Shown: positions 19,868 to 31,978, counted from the first letter of the stretch. The stretch is 64,000 bases of DNA from an uncultured candidate division Zixibacteria bacterium (GCA_963702205.1 OY969724.1:1408001-1472000), one strand, 5' to 3'. Numbers and translations are program-made. The notes: generated from the letters alone by a model not told the origin.

Positions 19868-22045
19868 ATGAAATTTATTCTCGATAATCTAAACCCGGCC
19901 CAAAATGAGGCGGTTACCACGACCGACGGCCCTCTTCTGGTTATTGCCGGGGCCGGATCGGGCAAGACCCGCGTTCTGACCTCGCGGGTAGCCTATATTT
20001 TGTTCAAGCGGCTGGCCCGGCCGGGCGAAATTCTGGCCGTAACTTTTACCAATAAGGCCGCCCGGGAGATGAAAGAGCGGATCGTCAAAATGCTCGGGTC
20101 GACCATACAATCCCTGACGGTGGCGACCTTTCACTCCTTCTGCGCCCGAGTTTTGCGCTATGAAGCCGAAGTCATCGGGTATCCCTCGAATTTCACCATC
20201 TTCGACGAAGAAGACGCCAGAGCCCTGATAAAAAACTGTCTGGATACGCTGAATATTTCAGCCAGCCAGTTTACACCGACCTCGCTCAAAGCCAAGATTT
20301 CGGCCGCCAAGAATCGTATGGAGGACGCCGAAACATTTGCCTCGCGAGCGTCGGGCTATTTCGAGAAACGTACCGCCGAAGTCTATACCATGTACGAAAA
20401 ACGTCTGCGCGAGTGCGGCGCGATGGATTTCGACGACCTGATTTATCGCGCCGTGCAGCTATTGTCGAACCACGATGACGTGCGCTCTAAATATCAAAGC
20501 CGCTATAAATATATTCTGGTAGATGAGTACCAGGATACCAACCACAGTCAGTATAATCTGCTGAAGCTGATAACCGGAGCGCACAAGAACATCTGCGTGG
20601 TAGGCGATGAAGACCAGTCGATTTACGGGTGGCGCGGGGCGGATATCACCAACATTTTGAATTTCGAGAAAGATTTCCCCGGTGCCAAAGTCATCAAGCT
20701 CGAACAGAACTATCGTTCGACCGATATAATTCTGGAAGCCGCATCGGTGGTGATCGCCAACAATCTCTCCCGCAAAGGCAAGACGCTCTGGACCGAGACC
20801 AAAAGCGAGGACAAGCTGAAGCTTTTCCTGACCGATTCGGCGTCGCACGAAGCCGGGGCCGTGGTCGAGGACATAGAAGACAACCTGACACGGACGCCGC
20901 TCAAAGAAGCGGTCATATTGTATCGTACCAACGCCCAGTCGCGGGCCTTCGAAGAAATCCTCCGACGCAAAAATATGCCGTACCAGATAATCGGTGGAAT
21001 CTCGTTTTATCAGCGCAAGGAAATCAAAGACCTGCTGGCCTATCTGAAATTGATTGCCAATATCCACGATGACGTTTCCTACCAGCGAATCATCAACTAC
21101 CCCAAGCGCGGGATTGGCGATGCCTCGGTCGACAAAGTGCGGGCCTTCGCTGCGGAGAAAAATATATCGATGTACGAAGCAAGTCTGATAATAGAACAGT
21201 GTCCGGACCTCGGGAGCCGTCCGCAGCGTCTGATAGCCCAGTTTATGGAGCTGATCGAGCCCTTTCAGGCTCAGAAGGCGGAAAGCAATATCGCCGATTT
21301 AACCCAGGAGCTGGTCGATAAAATCCGCCTGCAGGAGCACCTCCTCGACGAAGACCCGACCCTGGGTTCCAACCGGGTCGAGAATATCGAGGAATTCATT
21401 TCCGGGGCGCGCGAGTTCAGCGAATCATACGCCGAACCGACGCTCGATAATTTCCTGGCAGAGATTTCGCTCTATACCGATATCGAGCAGTACAATGAAA
21501 TCGATGACAAAGTAACTTTGATGACCCTGCATTCGGCCAAAGGGCTGGAATTCGAAGCAGTATACATGGTGGGCCTTGAAGAAGGCCTGTTTCCTCTGGC
21601 GCGGGCGATTCAGGAACCGATGGAACTGGAAGAAGAGCGGCGGCTGTTTTATGTCGGCGCGACCCGGGCCAAGCGGTATCTGAACCTGTCTATGGCTGCG
21701 CACCGTAATCGCTTTGGCAGCATGGATTGTATCCCGTCCCGTTTTCTCAACGAACTTCCGCCGTCTCTCGTGGAAAAGGCCGACCTGCGAAGTTTCTACA
21801 GCCGGGACCGTTACCAGGAAAGTCGTCCCGAACCGGTCAAAAACTATCCCGATGAGCCATACTACGAATACGAAGACAGCGAGGCTCTCCGGGTGGGGCG
21901 GATTGTCCAGCACAAGACTTTCGGGCGCGGCAAGGTTCTGAAAGTCGAGGGAGCCGGGGATTCGATGGCGCTGGAAATCATGTTTACCGGGATAGGTGTC
22001 AAAAAAGTCCTCGCCAAATATGCCCGACTGACAGTAATTGGCTAA
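19868..22045 (+). CDS. pcrA: UvrD/PcrA family DNA helicase
   Basis: AGAGSGKT, VDEYQD, LEQNYRS, TLHSAKGLEF, EEERRLFYV; C-terminal Tudor-like domain. Confidence 0.95.
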   Translation: MKFILDNLNPAQNEAVTTTDGPLLVIAGAGSGKTRVLTSRVAYILFKRLARPGEILAVTFTNKAAREMKERIVKMLGSTIQSLTVATFHSFCARVLRYEAEVIGYPSNFTIFDEEDARALIKNCLDTLNISASQFTPTSLKAKISAAKNRMEDAETFASRASGYFEKRTAEVYTMYEKRLRECGAMDFDDLIYRAVQLLSNHDDVRSKYQSRYKYILVDEYQDTNHSQYNLLKLITGAHKNICVVGDEDQSIYGWRGADITNILNFEKDFPGAKVIKLEQNYRSTDIILEAASVVIANNLSRKGKTLWTETKSEDKLKLFLTDSASHEAGAVVEDIEDNLTRTPLKEAVILYRTNAQSRAFEEILRRKNMPYQIIGGISFYQRKEIKDLLAYLKLIANIHDDVSYQRIINYPKRGIGDASVDKVRAFAAEKNISMYEASLIIEQCPDLGSRPQRLIAQFMELIEPFQAQKAESNIADLTQELVDKIRLQEHLLDEDPTLGSNRVENIEEFISGAREFSESYAEPTLDNFLAEISLYTDIEQYNEIDDKVTLMTLHSAKGLEFEAVYMVGLEEGLFPLARAIQEPMELEEERRLFYVGATRAKRYLNLSMAAHRNRFGSMDCIPSRFLNELPPSLVEKADLRSFYSRDRYQESRPEPVKNYPDEPYYEYEDSEALRVGRIVQHKTFGRGKVLKVEGAGDSMALEIMFTGIGVKKVLAKYARLTVIG

Positions 22046-22093
22046 GTTATCATATTGTGCGGCAGCGCATTAAATTCTACAATGTATCGATCT

Positions 22094-22120
22094 TAATGTT
22101 ATTCGGTTACCGTCCGATAT
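22094..22120 (+). promoter_or_regulatory. Sigma28-type promoter of HDOD gene
   Basis: TAAT-N15-TCCGATAT, about 30 nt upstream of ATG. Confidence 0.6.
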
Positions 22121-22151
22121 TAATCCTATACATCATTATTAAGGAGTTAAT

Positions 22152-23144
22152 ATGACAGCCCTAAGTCCCCAGGATATAATATCAGCTATACGTGAAATCG
22201 GAACGTTGCCTCAGACTCTTACTTCGGTCCTTCAGGTTGTCGATAACCCCGAATCCGGCGCTTCGGAGATTGCTGAGGTTATCAGCAAAGATGCCTCGCT
22301 GACTTCGCGCGTCTTGAAAATGGTCAATTCCGTGCAGTACGGCCGCACCCGCCACGTCTCCAAGGTGTCCGAGGCCGTCACGGTTATGGGCGTGAACAGC
22401 ATTAAGGTCCTGGCTTTGTCAAGTTCGCTGTTCAATATAAAACCCGATGATGAGCTTTTCGACCAGTTGAATATCAAGCGGATGTGGCGGCACTATATTG
22501 AAACTGCTTCGACCGCCCGCAATATCGCCGAGGAAATCGGGTATCGCGAACCGGAAGAGGCTTTTGTCGCCGGAATTCTGCACGACGCCGGCACCATCAT
22601 GATGATTTTGTACTTTAAAGAAGAATATATGGCGGTCGTGAACTTGCTTAAAGAGCAGAAACTGGGCATAATTCCGATCGAAGAAAAGTTATTCGGGTTC
22701 AATCATTGTCAGGTAGGTCAGGCTCTGGCCAAAAACTGGAAGCTGCCGGAACGAGTAACGTTCGCAATATTGAACCACCATAATCCCGATCCTCCCGATA
22801 TTATCCCCGAAGACACGATTTTGAATAACATCGTCGCGCTGGCCGACCGCATCGCCATGGCGCCGATCGATGGTTATCATCCGAGCATCGAGAACGATAT
22901 CAAATTCATCCGGGCGACGTCGAAAAAATTAAATCTTCCCGCCGAAGCGGCCAACCGCATTCGCAAGACATCGCTGCTGCAGTCGATCATCATGTGTGAA
23001 TTTTTGGAACTGGATATCGGCGACATGATGGAAGTAGTCACGGAAGCCAACAACCGTCTGGCCGAGATGTATTTTTCTCTGGAGCAGATTATTGTCGAAC
23101 GCGACGTGCTGTCGCATGAACCAGAAAATTCCTCCGTCAAGTAA
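22152..23144 (+). CDS. HDOD domain protein
   Basis: LP, D.SLTSRVLKMVNS, AFVAGILHDAG, H..VG..LA..W.LP, HH motifs. Confidence 0.92.
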   Translation: MTALSPQDIISAIREIGTLPQTLTSVLQVVDNPESGASEIAEVISKDASLTSRVLKMVNSVQYGRTRHVSKVSEAVTVMGVNSIKVLALSSSLFNIKPDDELFDQLNIKRMWRHYIETASTARNIAEEIGYREPEEAFVAGILHDAGTIMMILYFKEEYMAVVNLLKEQKLGIIPIEEKLFGFNHCQVGQALAKNWKLPERVTFAILNHHNPDPPDIIPEDTILNNIVALADRIAMAPIDGYHPSIENDIKFIRATSKKLNLPAEAANRIRKTSLLQSIIMCEFLELDIGDMMEVVTEANNRLAEMYFSLEQIIVERDVLSHEPENSSVK

Positions 23145-23167
23145 GAGCCTTTACTGGTGCGGTCTAT

Positions 23168-23196
23168 GAAGCGGTCCTTCGGGGCCGCTTTTTTTT
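23168..23196 (+). terminator. Rho-independent terminator
   Basis: AAGCGGTCC-TTCG-GGGCCGCTT plus T-run. Confidence 0.8.
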
Positions 23197-23276
23197 GCTC
23201 AATCGGGCAAAAAGATATACTTTCCGCCGCGAAATTGGTTAAATTATAGGCCGGAACCTATAAAAAAGGGATATTT

Positions 23277-25661
23277 GTGAAAGTCGAATACAGTGAAGAA
23301 AAAATAGAGATAAAGGCGCGGCTGCCGATACTGCCGCTTAGAGATATAGTCATCTTCCCGCACATGATTTATCCCCTGCTGGTCGGGCGCCAGTTTACTA
23401 TCTCCGCCCTGCAGGAAGCGATGCTTAAAGAAAAGCAGATGTTCCTCTGCTCCCAGAAGACGCCGGAAATCGACGAACCAAACCAAAAAGACTTGTATAA
23501 TGTCGGAGTGATTGCGCGGATTTTGCAGATTGTCAAGCTGCCCAATGGTACTATAAAGGTTCTTGTCGAGGGGCTCGTGCGGGCCAAAATGCTCAGCTTC
23601 CGGAAGGCCAGCGGGTTCTATGCGGCCAGATTGCGGGTGATTCCCCCCGACGGCGCCAAAGATAAAGAGACAATCGCCATTTCGAGATCGGTCATGGAGC
23701 AATTTTCGGAATATGTCCGGCTCAATCATCGGATCCCCGAAGAAGTTCTGTATTCCATATCGTCCATCGGGGATTATCAGCGCATGGCTGACACGATTGC
23801 CGCACACCTTCTTATTCGCATGAAGACCAAACAAAATATTCTCGAAATCGATATGGTCAAAAAACAGTTTCTGTACCTGTCTGATATTCTAAAAGAAGAG
23901 CTGGAGATTCTCCAGCTGGAACAAAAAATCGACGGTAACGTACGCGAATCGATGTCCAAGAGCCAGCGCGAGTTTTACCTCCAGCAGCAGCTTAAGGCCA
24001 TTAAAGAAGAACTGGGGCAGTTCGATGAAGCCTATGGCGAGATAGAAACCTTGAACACAAAGCTGGAAAAAATGAAAGCCCCGGTCGAAGTGAAAGACCG
24101 CTGCCGCGAAGAAATAGAAAAACTATCCCGCATGCACGCCTATTCGGCCGAAGCGGCTGTCGCGAGGGGATATGTCGACTGGTTGCTGGGACTGCCGTGG
24201 CGAACTTACACGAAAGACCGCTCGGCTTTCGGTGCCGTGAAATCCATCCTCGACGGCGACCATTATGGGCTGGAAAAACCGAAGAAGCGCATCCTCGAAC
24301 ATCTGGCTGTGATGCGTCTGGCCGGTGAAGTCAAAGGGCCTATATTGTGTCTGGTCGGTCCTCCCGGCGTGGGCAAAACGTCGCTGGGACGATCAATTGC
24401 GCGAGCGCTGAACCGTAAGTTCGTCCGGATGTCGCTGGGCGGCATTCACGATGAAGCTGAAATACGCGGCCACAGGAGAACCTATATAGGTTCACTTCCG
24501 GGACGAATCATACAGTCGATAAAAAAAGCCGGCTCATCCAATCCCGTTTTTCTCCTCGATGAAGTCGATAAAGTCGGTAAAGATTTTCGCGGCGATCCGG
24601 CCTCGGCCCTGCTTGAAGTGCTCGATCCGGAACAGAACAAGACCTTTTCCGATAATTATCTTGAACTGGACTACGATCTTTCGCGGGTGCTGTTTATTAC
24701 GACGGCCAATTCGACAGTCGGTATACCGCCCGCGTTACTGGACCGTATGGAGATAATCCGTCTGCCCGGCTACCTGGAACATGAGAAGGAACATATTATT
24801 CGCGGCTATGTCCTGCCCAAACTGAAAAAAGAACTGGGCATGGTCGAAATCGGTCTGGATTTCAACGACAAAGCCCTGTTGGATATAATTCGAAATTATA
24901 CTCGTGAGTCGGGAGTCCGTCAGGCGGAACGTCAACTGGCCTCGGTACTTCGCAAGACCGCCCAGGAGATAGTCGAGAAAAAGCGTCGACGTAAATTCAA
25001 ATTTACGCCGACCAGGATAGCCGAACTTCTGGGTGCACCACCGTACGTCCATACCGACATCAACACCCACCCGGAGCCGGGTTATGCCATAGGGCTGGCG
25101 TGGACCGAAGCGGGCGGCGAAGTGCTTCCGATCGAAGTCAGTCTCATGAGCGGAGAATCGAAATTGACGATCACCGGCAAAATCGGTGAAGTCATGCAGG
25201 AATCGGCCTCGGCCGGACTGACCTATATCCGCAGCCACGCCGCGAAACTGGGGCTAGATCCCGATTTCTTCAAGAAACACGAAATACACGTGCACGTCCC
25301 GGAAGGCGCGGTGCCCAAAGATGGGCCATCGGCCGGGATTACGATACTGGTTGCTATTTTATCGGCACTGAAAAATCAGGCCATCAAGCCCAATCTAGCC
25401 ATGACGGGTGAAGTGACTCTCAGCGGCGATATCCTGGCGGTCGGCGGTTTGAACGAAAAACTGCTGGCGGCGAAGCGGCTCGGGATAACCGATATTATCA
25501 TGCCGTTCAAGAACAAGAAGGACATGCCGGAGTTGCCGAAGGAACTTACCGAGGGGATGAATATCGTGCTGATCAAAAAAGCCGAGGAAGCCATAAAAAT
25601 AGCCTTCGAACAGAAAACTCCGGCCAAAAAAACCAGAGCAAAAAAGTCAGCAAAAAAGTAA
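23277..25661 (+). CDS. lon: ATP-dependent Lon protease
   Basis: GPPGVGKT, GHRRTYIG, PKDGPSAG. Confidence 0.97.
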   Translation: MKVEYSEEKIEIKARLPILPLRDIVIFPHMIYPLLVGRQFTISALQEAMLKEKQMFLCSQKTPEIDEPNQKDLYNVGVIARILQIVKLPNGTIKVLVEGLVRAKMLSFRKASGFYAARLRVIPPDGAKDKETIAISRSVMEQFSEYVRLNHRIPEEVLYSISSIGDYQRMADTIAAHLLIRMKTKQNILEIDMVKKQFLYLSDILKEELEILQLEQKIDGNVRESMSKSQREFYLQQQLKAIKEELGQFDEAYGEIETLNTKLEKMKAPVEVKDRCREEIEKLSRMHAYSAEAAVARGYVDWLLGLPWRTYTKDRSAFGAVKSILDGDHYGLEKPKKRILEHLAVMRLAGEVKGPILCLVGPPGVGKTSLGRSIARALNRKFVRMSLGGIHDEAEIRGHRRTYIGSLPGRIIQSIKKAGSSNPVFLLDEVDKVGKDFRGDPASALLEVLDPEQNKTFSDNYLELDYDLSRVLFITTANSTVGIPPALLDRMEIIRLPGYLEHEKEHIIRGYVLPKLKKELGMVEIGLDFNDKALLDIIRNYTRESGVRQAERQLASVLRKTAQEIVEKKRRRKFKFTPTRIAELLGAPPYVHTDINTHPEPGYAIGLAWTEAGGEVLPIEVSLMSGESKLTITGKIGEVMQESASAGLTYIRSHAAKLGLDPDFFKKHEIHVHVPEGAVPKDGPSAGITILVAILSALKNQAIKPNLAMTGEVTLSGDILAVGGLNEKLLAAKRLGITDIIMPFKNKKDMPELPKELTEGMNIVLIKKAEEAIKIAFEQKTPAKKTRAKKSAKK

Positions 25662-25728
25662 AAAAAACATTTTCATTTTAGACCATAAAAGACTATACTA
25701 ACCCGGCTTTAAAGACAATAAGGACGCA

Positions 25729-26322
25729 ATGCCCAAGAACGTTGTATTTTTCGGTTCCTACAACGACGTCAAAAAAATTCCCGTAGATTCCCGACCTCAA
25801 ATTGCATTCGCCGGACGCTCTAATGTCGGCAAGTCGTCATTGCTTAACAGGATAACCGGTCAGAAGAAACTCGCGAAAACCTCCAAGACTCCCGGACGAA
25901 CCCGCAATATCGACTTTTTTCTGGCGGACGATCGATATTTCCTGGTCGATCTGCCAGGTTACGGGTATGTCAAGGCCGGTTTGGCGGCGCGCAAAAAGTG
26001 GGGCCAGTTGGTGGAAAACTTTTTGAACCTGGCCTCTTTGTCAGGGATGGTGATGCTTCTGGACTGCCGGAGGGACCCCACCGACGATGACCTGATGATG
26101 TTTGAATGGTTGGATTCGCGCGAAATCAATTATATCATCGCGCTGACCAAAGCGGACAAACTGAGCCGAAATCAACTTAAAAGCAAACAGATGCAAATTT
26201 CTTCCGCCTTTAATTGCGAAGTGTTTCCGTTTTCCGTTATGTCGGGTCTCGGAAGAAAGGAACTGGTCGGGTGGATAGAGGGCATTGCAAAACCAATGGT
26301 TCGTAACAATCCGGGATTTTAA
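25729..26322 (+). CDS. engB: Ribosome biogenesis GTPase EngB/YihA
   Basis: GRSNVGKSS, DLPGYG, TKADK; follows lon. Confidence 0.95.
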   Translation: MPKNVVFFGSYNDVKKIPVDSRPQIAFAGRSNVGKSSLLNRITGQKKLAKTSKTPGRTRNIDFFLADDRYFLVDLPGYGYVKAGLAARKKWGQLVENFLNLASLSGMVMLLDCRRDPTDDDLMMFEWLDSREINYIIALTKADKLSRNQLKSKQMQISSAFNCEVFPFSVMSGLGRKELVGWIEGIAKPMVRNNPGF

Positions 26323-26343
26323 TTGAGTTGTTTTGTGGAAAAA

Positions 26344-26443
26344 GCATGTCTCGTTCCGAGTGACGCGCTGCGTCGCAAGAAACCCGACGAAAAATTGTCG
26401 GCTTTCTACGTCCCGTATAGCGGAACTCCGGAAGCCGACCTGC
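26344..26443. repeat. Degenerate REP doublet
   Basis: ...AGAAACCCGAC and TGTCGGCTTTC...GAAGCCGACCTGC resemble the 463-585 family. Confidence 0.55.
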
Positions 26444-26492
26444 ATTGCTTTGAAACCTCGGATCCGTTATGGACCGGATATGGGATTTGTGT

Positions 26493-27767
26493 ATGAAAAA
26501 GAACGTTATCGTAGTCGGCTGCCAATGGGGGGATGAAGGCAAGGGCAAGGTCGTGGACCTTCTGGCCGAACGGGCCGATATAATCGCCCGCTTTCAGGGC
26601 GGCGCCAACGCCGGACACACGGTCCTGACGGGCGGCAAGCAGTTCATCCTGCATTTAATACCGTCGGGTGTTATTCACGAAGGAAAAATCTGCTATATCG
26701 GCAATGGTGTCGTGCTCGATCCTTTCGGTTTTCTGGAAGAAATCGAAGTGTTGAAACAGCAGAATATTAACGTCAAGGGACGGCTTTTTATTTCCTCGGC
26801 GGCCAACCTGGTTATGCCGTACCATAAGATGATCGACCAGATCGAAGAAAGAAAACGGGGCGGCGAAGGTATCGGCACGACGCTGCGCGGCATCGGTCCG
26901 GCCTATCGGGACAAAATCGGGAGAGTCGGCATTCGTCTGGCCGACCTCTATGCACCGGAGCGCCTCAAAGAAAAGTTGGAGCACAACCGCAAAATTAAAT
27001 CGGAGTATTTCACCGGCAGCGACGATGAACGCGCCGACGTGGAAAAGATATTCAGCGACCTGATGGGGATCGCACCGCTGTTCGAACCGATGATGTGCAA
27101 TGTCTCGCTGGAACTGTACCGCCTCGATAAAGAAGGGAAATCGATTTTGTTCGAGGGGGCGCAGGGTGCCCTTCTGGATATCGACCTCGGGACATACCCC
27201 TTCACGACCTCATCCAACACGACCACCGGCGGTGCCTTGACCGGGCTGGGGATCGGACCGAAAATGATCGACGAGGTGATTGGCGTTGTCAAGGCATACA
27301 CTACTCGCGTGGGTTCGGGACCGTTCCCGACCGAGCTGGTTAATCAAACCGGCGAACAGCTTCGGGAGGCCGGGGGAGAGTACGGGGCCACGACCGGGCG
27401 CCCGCGCCGCACCGGCTGGCTGGACCTGGTGGCGCTGCGTCATGCCTGCCGCATAAATGGTGTCGATAAGATAGCCGTGACCAAACTCGACGTGCTCGAC
27501 GGGTTCGAGAAAATAAAGATTTGCACGTCGTACAATATCGATGGACGTTCCTACGAGCAGTTTCCGCTCGATCCGCATCAACTGTGGAATGTCACGCCGG
27601 AATATAAAGAATTCGACGGCTGGATGAGCAATACGTCCGGGATCGACAGCTTTGATAAATTGCCCGACAAGGCTAAAAAATACCTCGAATTTATCAAGAC
27701 CGATCTCGACGTGGGCATTTGTCTGGTTTCTACCGGGGCGAGGCGACGCCAGACCATTGTCGTCTGA
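26493..27767 (+). CDS. purA: Adenylosuccinate synthetase
   Basis: QWGDEGKGK, GGANAGHT, GATTGRPRR. Confidence 0.97.
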   Translation: MKKNVIVVGCQWGDEGKGKVVDLLAERADIIARFQGGANAGHTVLTGGKQFILHLIPSGVIHEGKICYIGNGVVLDPFGFLEEIEVLKQQNINVKGRLFISSAANLVMPYHKMIDQIEERKRGGEGIGTTLRGIGPAYRDKIGRVGIRLADLYAPERLKEKLEHNRKIKSEYFTGSDDERADVEKIFSDLMGIAPLFEPMMCNVSLELYRLDKEGKSILFEGAQGALLDIDLGTYPFTTSSNTTTGGALTGLGIGPKMIDEVIGVVKAYTTRVGSGPFPTELVNQTGEQLREAGGEYGATTGRPRRTGWLDLVALRHACRINGVDKIAVTKLDVLDGFEKIKICTSYNIDGRSYEQFPLDPHQLWNVTPEYKEFDGWMSNTSGIDSFDKLPDKAKKYLEFIKTDLDVGICLVSTGARRRQTIVV

Positions 27768-28011
27768 TAGCAGATAAATAAGGGCCGCCAAGTTATCTTC
27801 GCGGCCCATTTTCGTTGATACGTACGATTCCGCGCATTCGGGCCATAATCATAACATGTTGTAAGACAGTGACTTATTAGTTTTTACGTCATTCGGTTCG
27901 TAAATTCATACGAATCGTAATCCGACCGGATTTTGCCAGAATAAAAAACCATTCGCATATTATTATGTCCGGCAACGACTTATTGCGCACTGACGGAGAA
28001 CAATTTCAGAA

Positions 28012-28027
28012 TGGCATTGTGGTTGCT
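28012..28027 (+). promoter_or_regulatory. Sigma54 (-24/-12) promoter
   Basis: TGGCAT-TGTGG-TTGCT matches TGGCAC-N5-TTGCW with correct GG/GC spacing. Confidence 0.65.
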
Positions 28028-28037
28028 TAAATATGGA

Positions 28038-28176
28038 GCAGTTGGTGGCAAGCCAATCTTCAGCTTTTTTGGTGGTAGGGCTGTTGAGTTGTCATTAGTT
28101 CCTCGGGTTGCCAGCTTCTTTTCTCGAGGCACGGAGGCTTCACCTAAGAGGGGAAGGTGAAGCCTCCATCTTTATT
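28038..28176 (+). ncRNA. Putative sigma54-dependent small RNA
   Basis: Lies between the sigma54 site and a 13-bp hairpin (28133-28167) with a T-rich tail; no long ORF. Confidence 0.45.
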
Positions 28177-28243
28177 TACGTCATTATTTTGTGGTCTGTG
28201 CAAAAGAGATTTGGTATAATTTTGATGGGACGGGGTATATTCA

Positions 28244-28993
28244 ATGAATAGGAGCGCAGTGAGAGATATTAAGAATAAAATTGTCGTTATCACCGGCGCC
28301 AGCCGTGGTATCGGCGCGGCCATTGCGAATCATTTCGCCTGCGAGAAATGCCGGTTGCTGCTTACCGGCCGAAATAAGACTCGCCTAAAAGCCGTCGCGG
28401 ACGGCCTCGGTCTGAAAAAAGAAAACTGCGCGATTATTACCGGCGATCTTACAAAAAAGGTGCAGATGAAAAAAATTATCGACGCCGCCATTAAGAAATT
28501 CGGGCGGATAGATATATTCATCAACAATGCCGGGGTTGGAATTGGCAAGCCGATAGTCGAGACCACCGAGCGTGAATTTGACACAATATTCGACACCAAC
28601 CTGAAAGCCGTCTATTTTTCGTTTTTGTATCTTCTGCCCCTTTTTGAAAAACAGCAGGGCGGACAGATAATAAATATTTCTTCCGGAGCCGGAAGATTCG
28701 GCCAGCCCAATATCGCCGCCTATTCGGCCTCAAAAGCGGCCCTTAATGCTCTTAGCGAAGCGGTCGCCGGTGAAGTCCGGCACAGGAATATCAAAATATC
28801 GGTATTATCTCCGGCTTCGACGGATACCGCTTTTATGGCGAATATGTCCAAAAAGTCAAAATCGCCATCTATTGCGAAAATGAAGCTGACGGTGGATGAA
28901 GTGGCCGAAGCGGTCGTTTTTCTCGCGAAGCAAAACCGTAATGCCTGGACGTCTATGGCCGACATTCGCCCGCTGCTGATCCACAGAAAATAG
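28244..28993 (+). CDS. SDR family oxidoreductase
   Basis: TGASRGIG, NNAG, YSASK. Confidence 0.93.
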   Translation: MNRSAVRDIKNKIVVITGASRGIGAAIANHFACEKCRLLLTGRNKTRLKAVADGLGLKKENCAIITGDLTKKVQMKKIIDAAIKKFGRIDIFINNAGVGIGKPIVETTEREFDTIFDTNLKAVYFSFLYLLPLFEKQQGGQIINISSGAGRFGQPNIAAYSASKAALNALSEAVAGEVRHRNIKISVLSPASTDTAFMANMSKKSKSPSIAKMKLTVDEVAEAVVFLAKQNRNAWTSMADIRPLLIHRK

Positions 28994-29085
28994 GACTGAC
29001 ATTGCCATTGCTCCCAAATAAACTTTGGAGCAGCGGATACGTTTAAAATGAAGACTATAGAATGAGAAACTGACGGAGAATACAA

Positions 29086-29391
29086 ATGCCCGGATTATTG
29101 TGCTGGAGTTGCGGTCGCCCGACCGGTATCGAAGATAAAGTGATGCGTTCGGATCAGTGCGAATCGTGTCTCGCCGACCTGCGCTGCTGCCGGGGGTGCC
29201 GCCATTTCGACCCGATGGCTCGCTCGCAATGCCGCGAAAATATCGATACACCGATTCCCAATAAAGAAAAAGCCAACTTCTGCGATTTTTTCCAGCAGCG
29301 ACTGGCGGTGCAGTCACATCTCGGTCGAAGAACGAGCGCCGACTCCAAGGAAGAACGGCGCAAGAAATTTAACGATTTATTCGACGATTAA
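29086..29391 (+). CDS. Small Cys-rich (putative metal-binding) hypothetical protein
   Basis: CWSC, CESC, CCRGC, C...CDFF pattern; GGAG RBS. Confidence 0.75.
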   Translation: MPGLLCWSCGRPTGIEDKVMRSDQCESCLADLRCCRGCRHFDPMARSQCRENIDTPIPNKEKANFCDFFQQRLAVQSHLGRRTSADSKEERRKKFNDLFDD

Positions 29392-29436
29392 TACCGGTGA
29401 TCGGATGGTGATCACCGGCATCGTGACATTTCTCGA

Positions 29437-30372
29437 TTATTCAGGATGATCGGTGAACCATTCCACGGTCTTTTTCAGACCGGCTTTGAAATCCACCGTC
29501 GGATTATATTTTAAATCACTTTTGGCATAATCTATGTCGGCGTAAGAATGTCTGATATCTCCGGGACGCGGAGGATCGTAATCGGCGGTCGCGTCGACAC
29601 CGATGATTTCGCCCAGGAATTCCAGTAGTTCATTCAGAGTAAAGCGTGCTCCGCAGGCGATATTGTAAGCATGGCCGGGGGCATCGGTGGCCGTAGCCGC
29701 GAGCAGGTTGGCCTGCACGGCATTGGCGACGTACGTGAAATCGCGCGACTGCTCACCGTCACCGTACACAATCGGTTTTTTGCCCGTTTTCAACGCTTTG
29801 ATGAATTTCGGTATAACTGCGGAGTACTCCGAGTTGGGGTCCTGACGAGGACCGAATATATTGAAATACCGCAGCCCGACCGTCTCCAGCCCGTACAAAT
29901 TATAAAACACCCGGGCGTATTTTTCATTGGTCAGTTTGGAAACGGCGTACGGAGACAGCGGGTCCAAAGTCATGATCTCTTTTTTGGGCAGAGTGGGCGT
30001 ATCGCCGTACACGGAAGACGATGAAGCAAAGACAAAGCGTTTGACTTTGGCTTCCTTGGCAGCTTCCAGCAGATTTAGGGTACCGTCAACGTTAACCGCG
30101 TTTGAAGTCAGAGGGTTTTTGACCGAGCGGGGCACCGACGGCAACGCCGCCTGATGCAGGATATAATCAATGCCCTCGACCGCCTCGCGAACGGTCCAAA
30201 AATCACGGATGTCACCGTCGATCAGTTCAACGTCATTCTTTATCGATTCGAGATTGACAGTCCGTCCGGTCGAGAAATTGTCGATGATGCGGACTTTTTC
30301 GCCCCTTTTAGTCAGTTCCATGGCAATATTGCTTCCGATAAATCCGGCTCCGCCGGTAATAAGGTAGTTCAT
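29437..30372 (-). CDS. NAD-dependent nucleotide-sugar epimerase (WbpP/TviC-like)
   Basis: TGGAGFIGS, HQAALPSVPRS, YAVSK, LRYFNIFGPRQD. Confidence 0.92.
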   Translation of the reverse strand: MNYLITGGAGFIGSNIAMELTKRGEKVRIIDNFSTGRTVNLESIKNDVELIDGDIRDFWTVREAVEGIDYILHQAALPSVPRSVKNPLTSNAVNVDGTLNLLEAAKEAKVKRFVFASSSSVYGDTPTLPKKEIMTLDPLSPYAVSKLTNEKYARVFYNLYGLETVGLRYFNIFGPRQDPNSEYSAVIPKFIKALKTGKKPIVYGDGEQSRDFTYVANAVQANLLAATATDAPGHAYNIACGARFTLNELLEFLGEIIGVDATADYDPPRPGDIRHSYADIDYAKSDLKYNPTVDFKAGLKKTVEWFTDHPE

Positions 30373-30608
30373 ATTCGTCTCCGTTTAAGTTATCCGTCAT
30401 ATATTGTATCGGCCGCGCCCGTTAAATTCATGATGAATAATCGGTTCCGATATTTCACAGGATAGATATATATCATTTGGTCCCGGGTCAAGAACTTAAA
30501 TACGCCCTAATTTACCGAAACCGAAGGCAAATCGGGTGTAAAAAAACGGCAGATTGTTTTTTTATTGAATTGGCCTCTGGGTCTCCATAGATTTGGCCCA
30601 AATAGTGA

Positions 30609-31922
<1,314 letters not shown>

Positions 31923-31945
31923 AGAAATCCGATTATAAGTACATC

Positions 31946-31978
31946 AAAAAAACCCGCTCTCAATAGAGCGGGTTTTTC
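31946..31978. terminator. Bidirectional terminator
   Basis: AAAAACCCGCTCT-CAAT-AGAGCGGGTTTTT. Confidence 0.8.
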
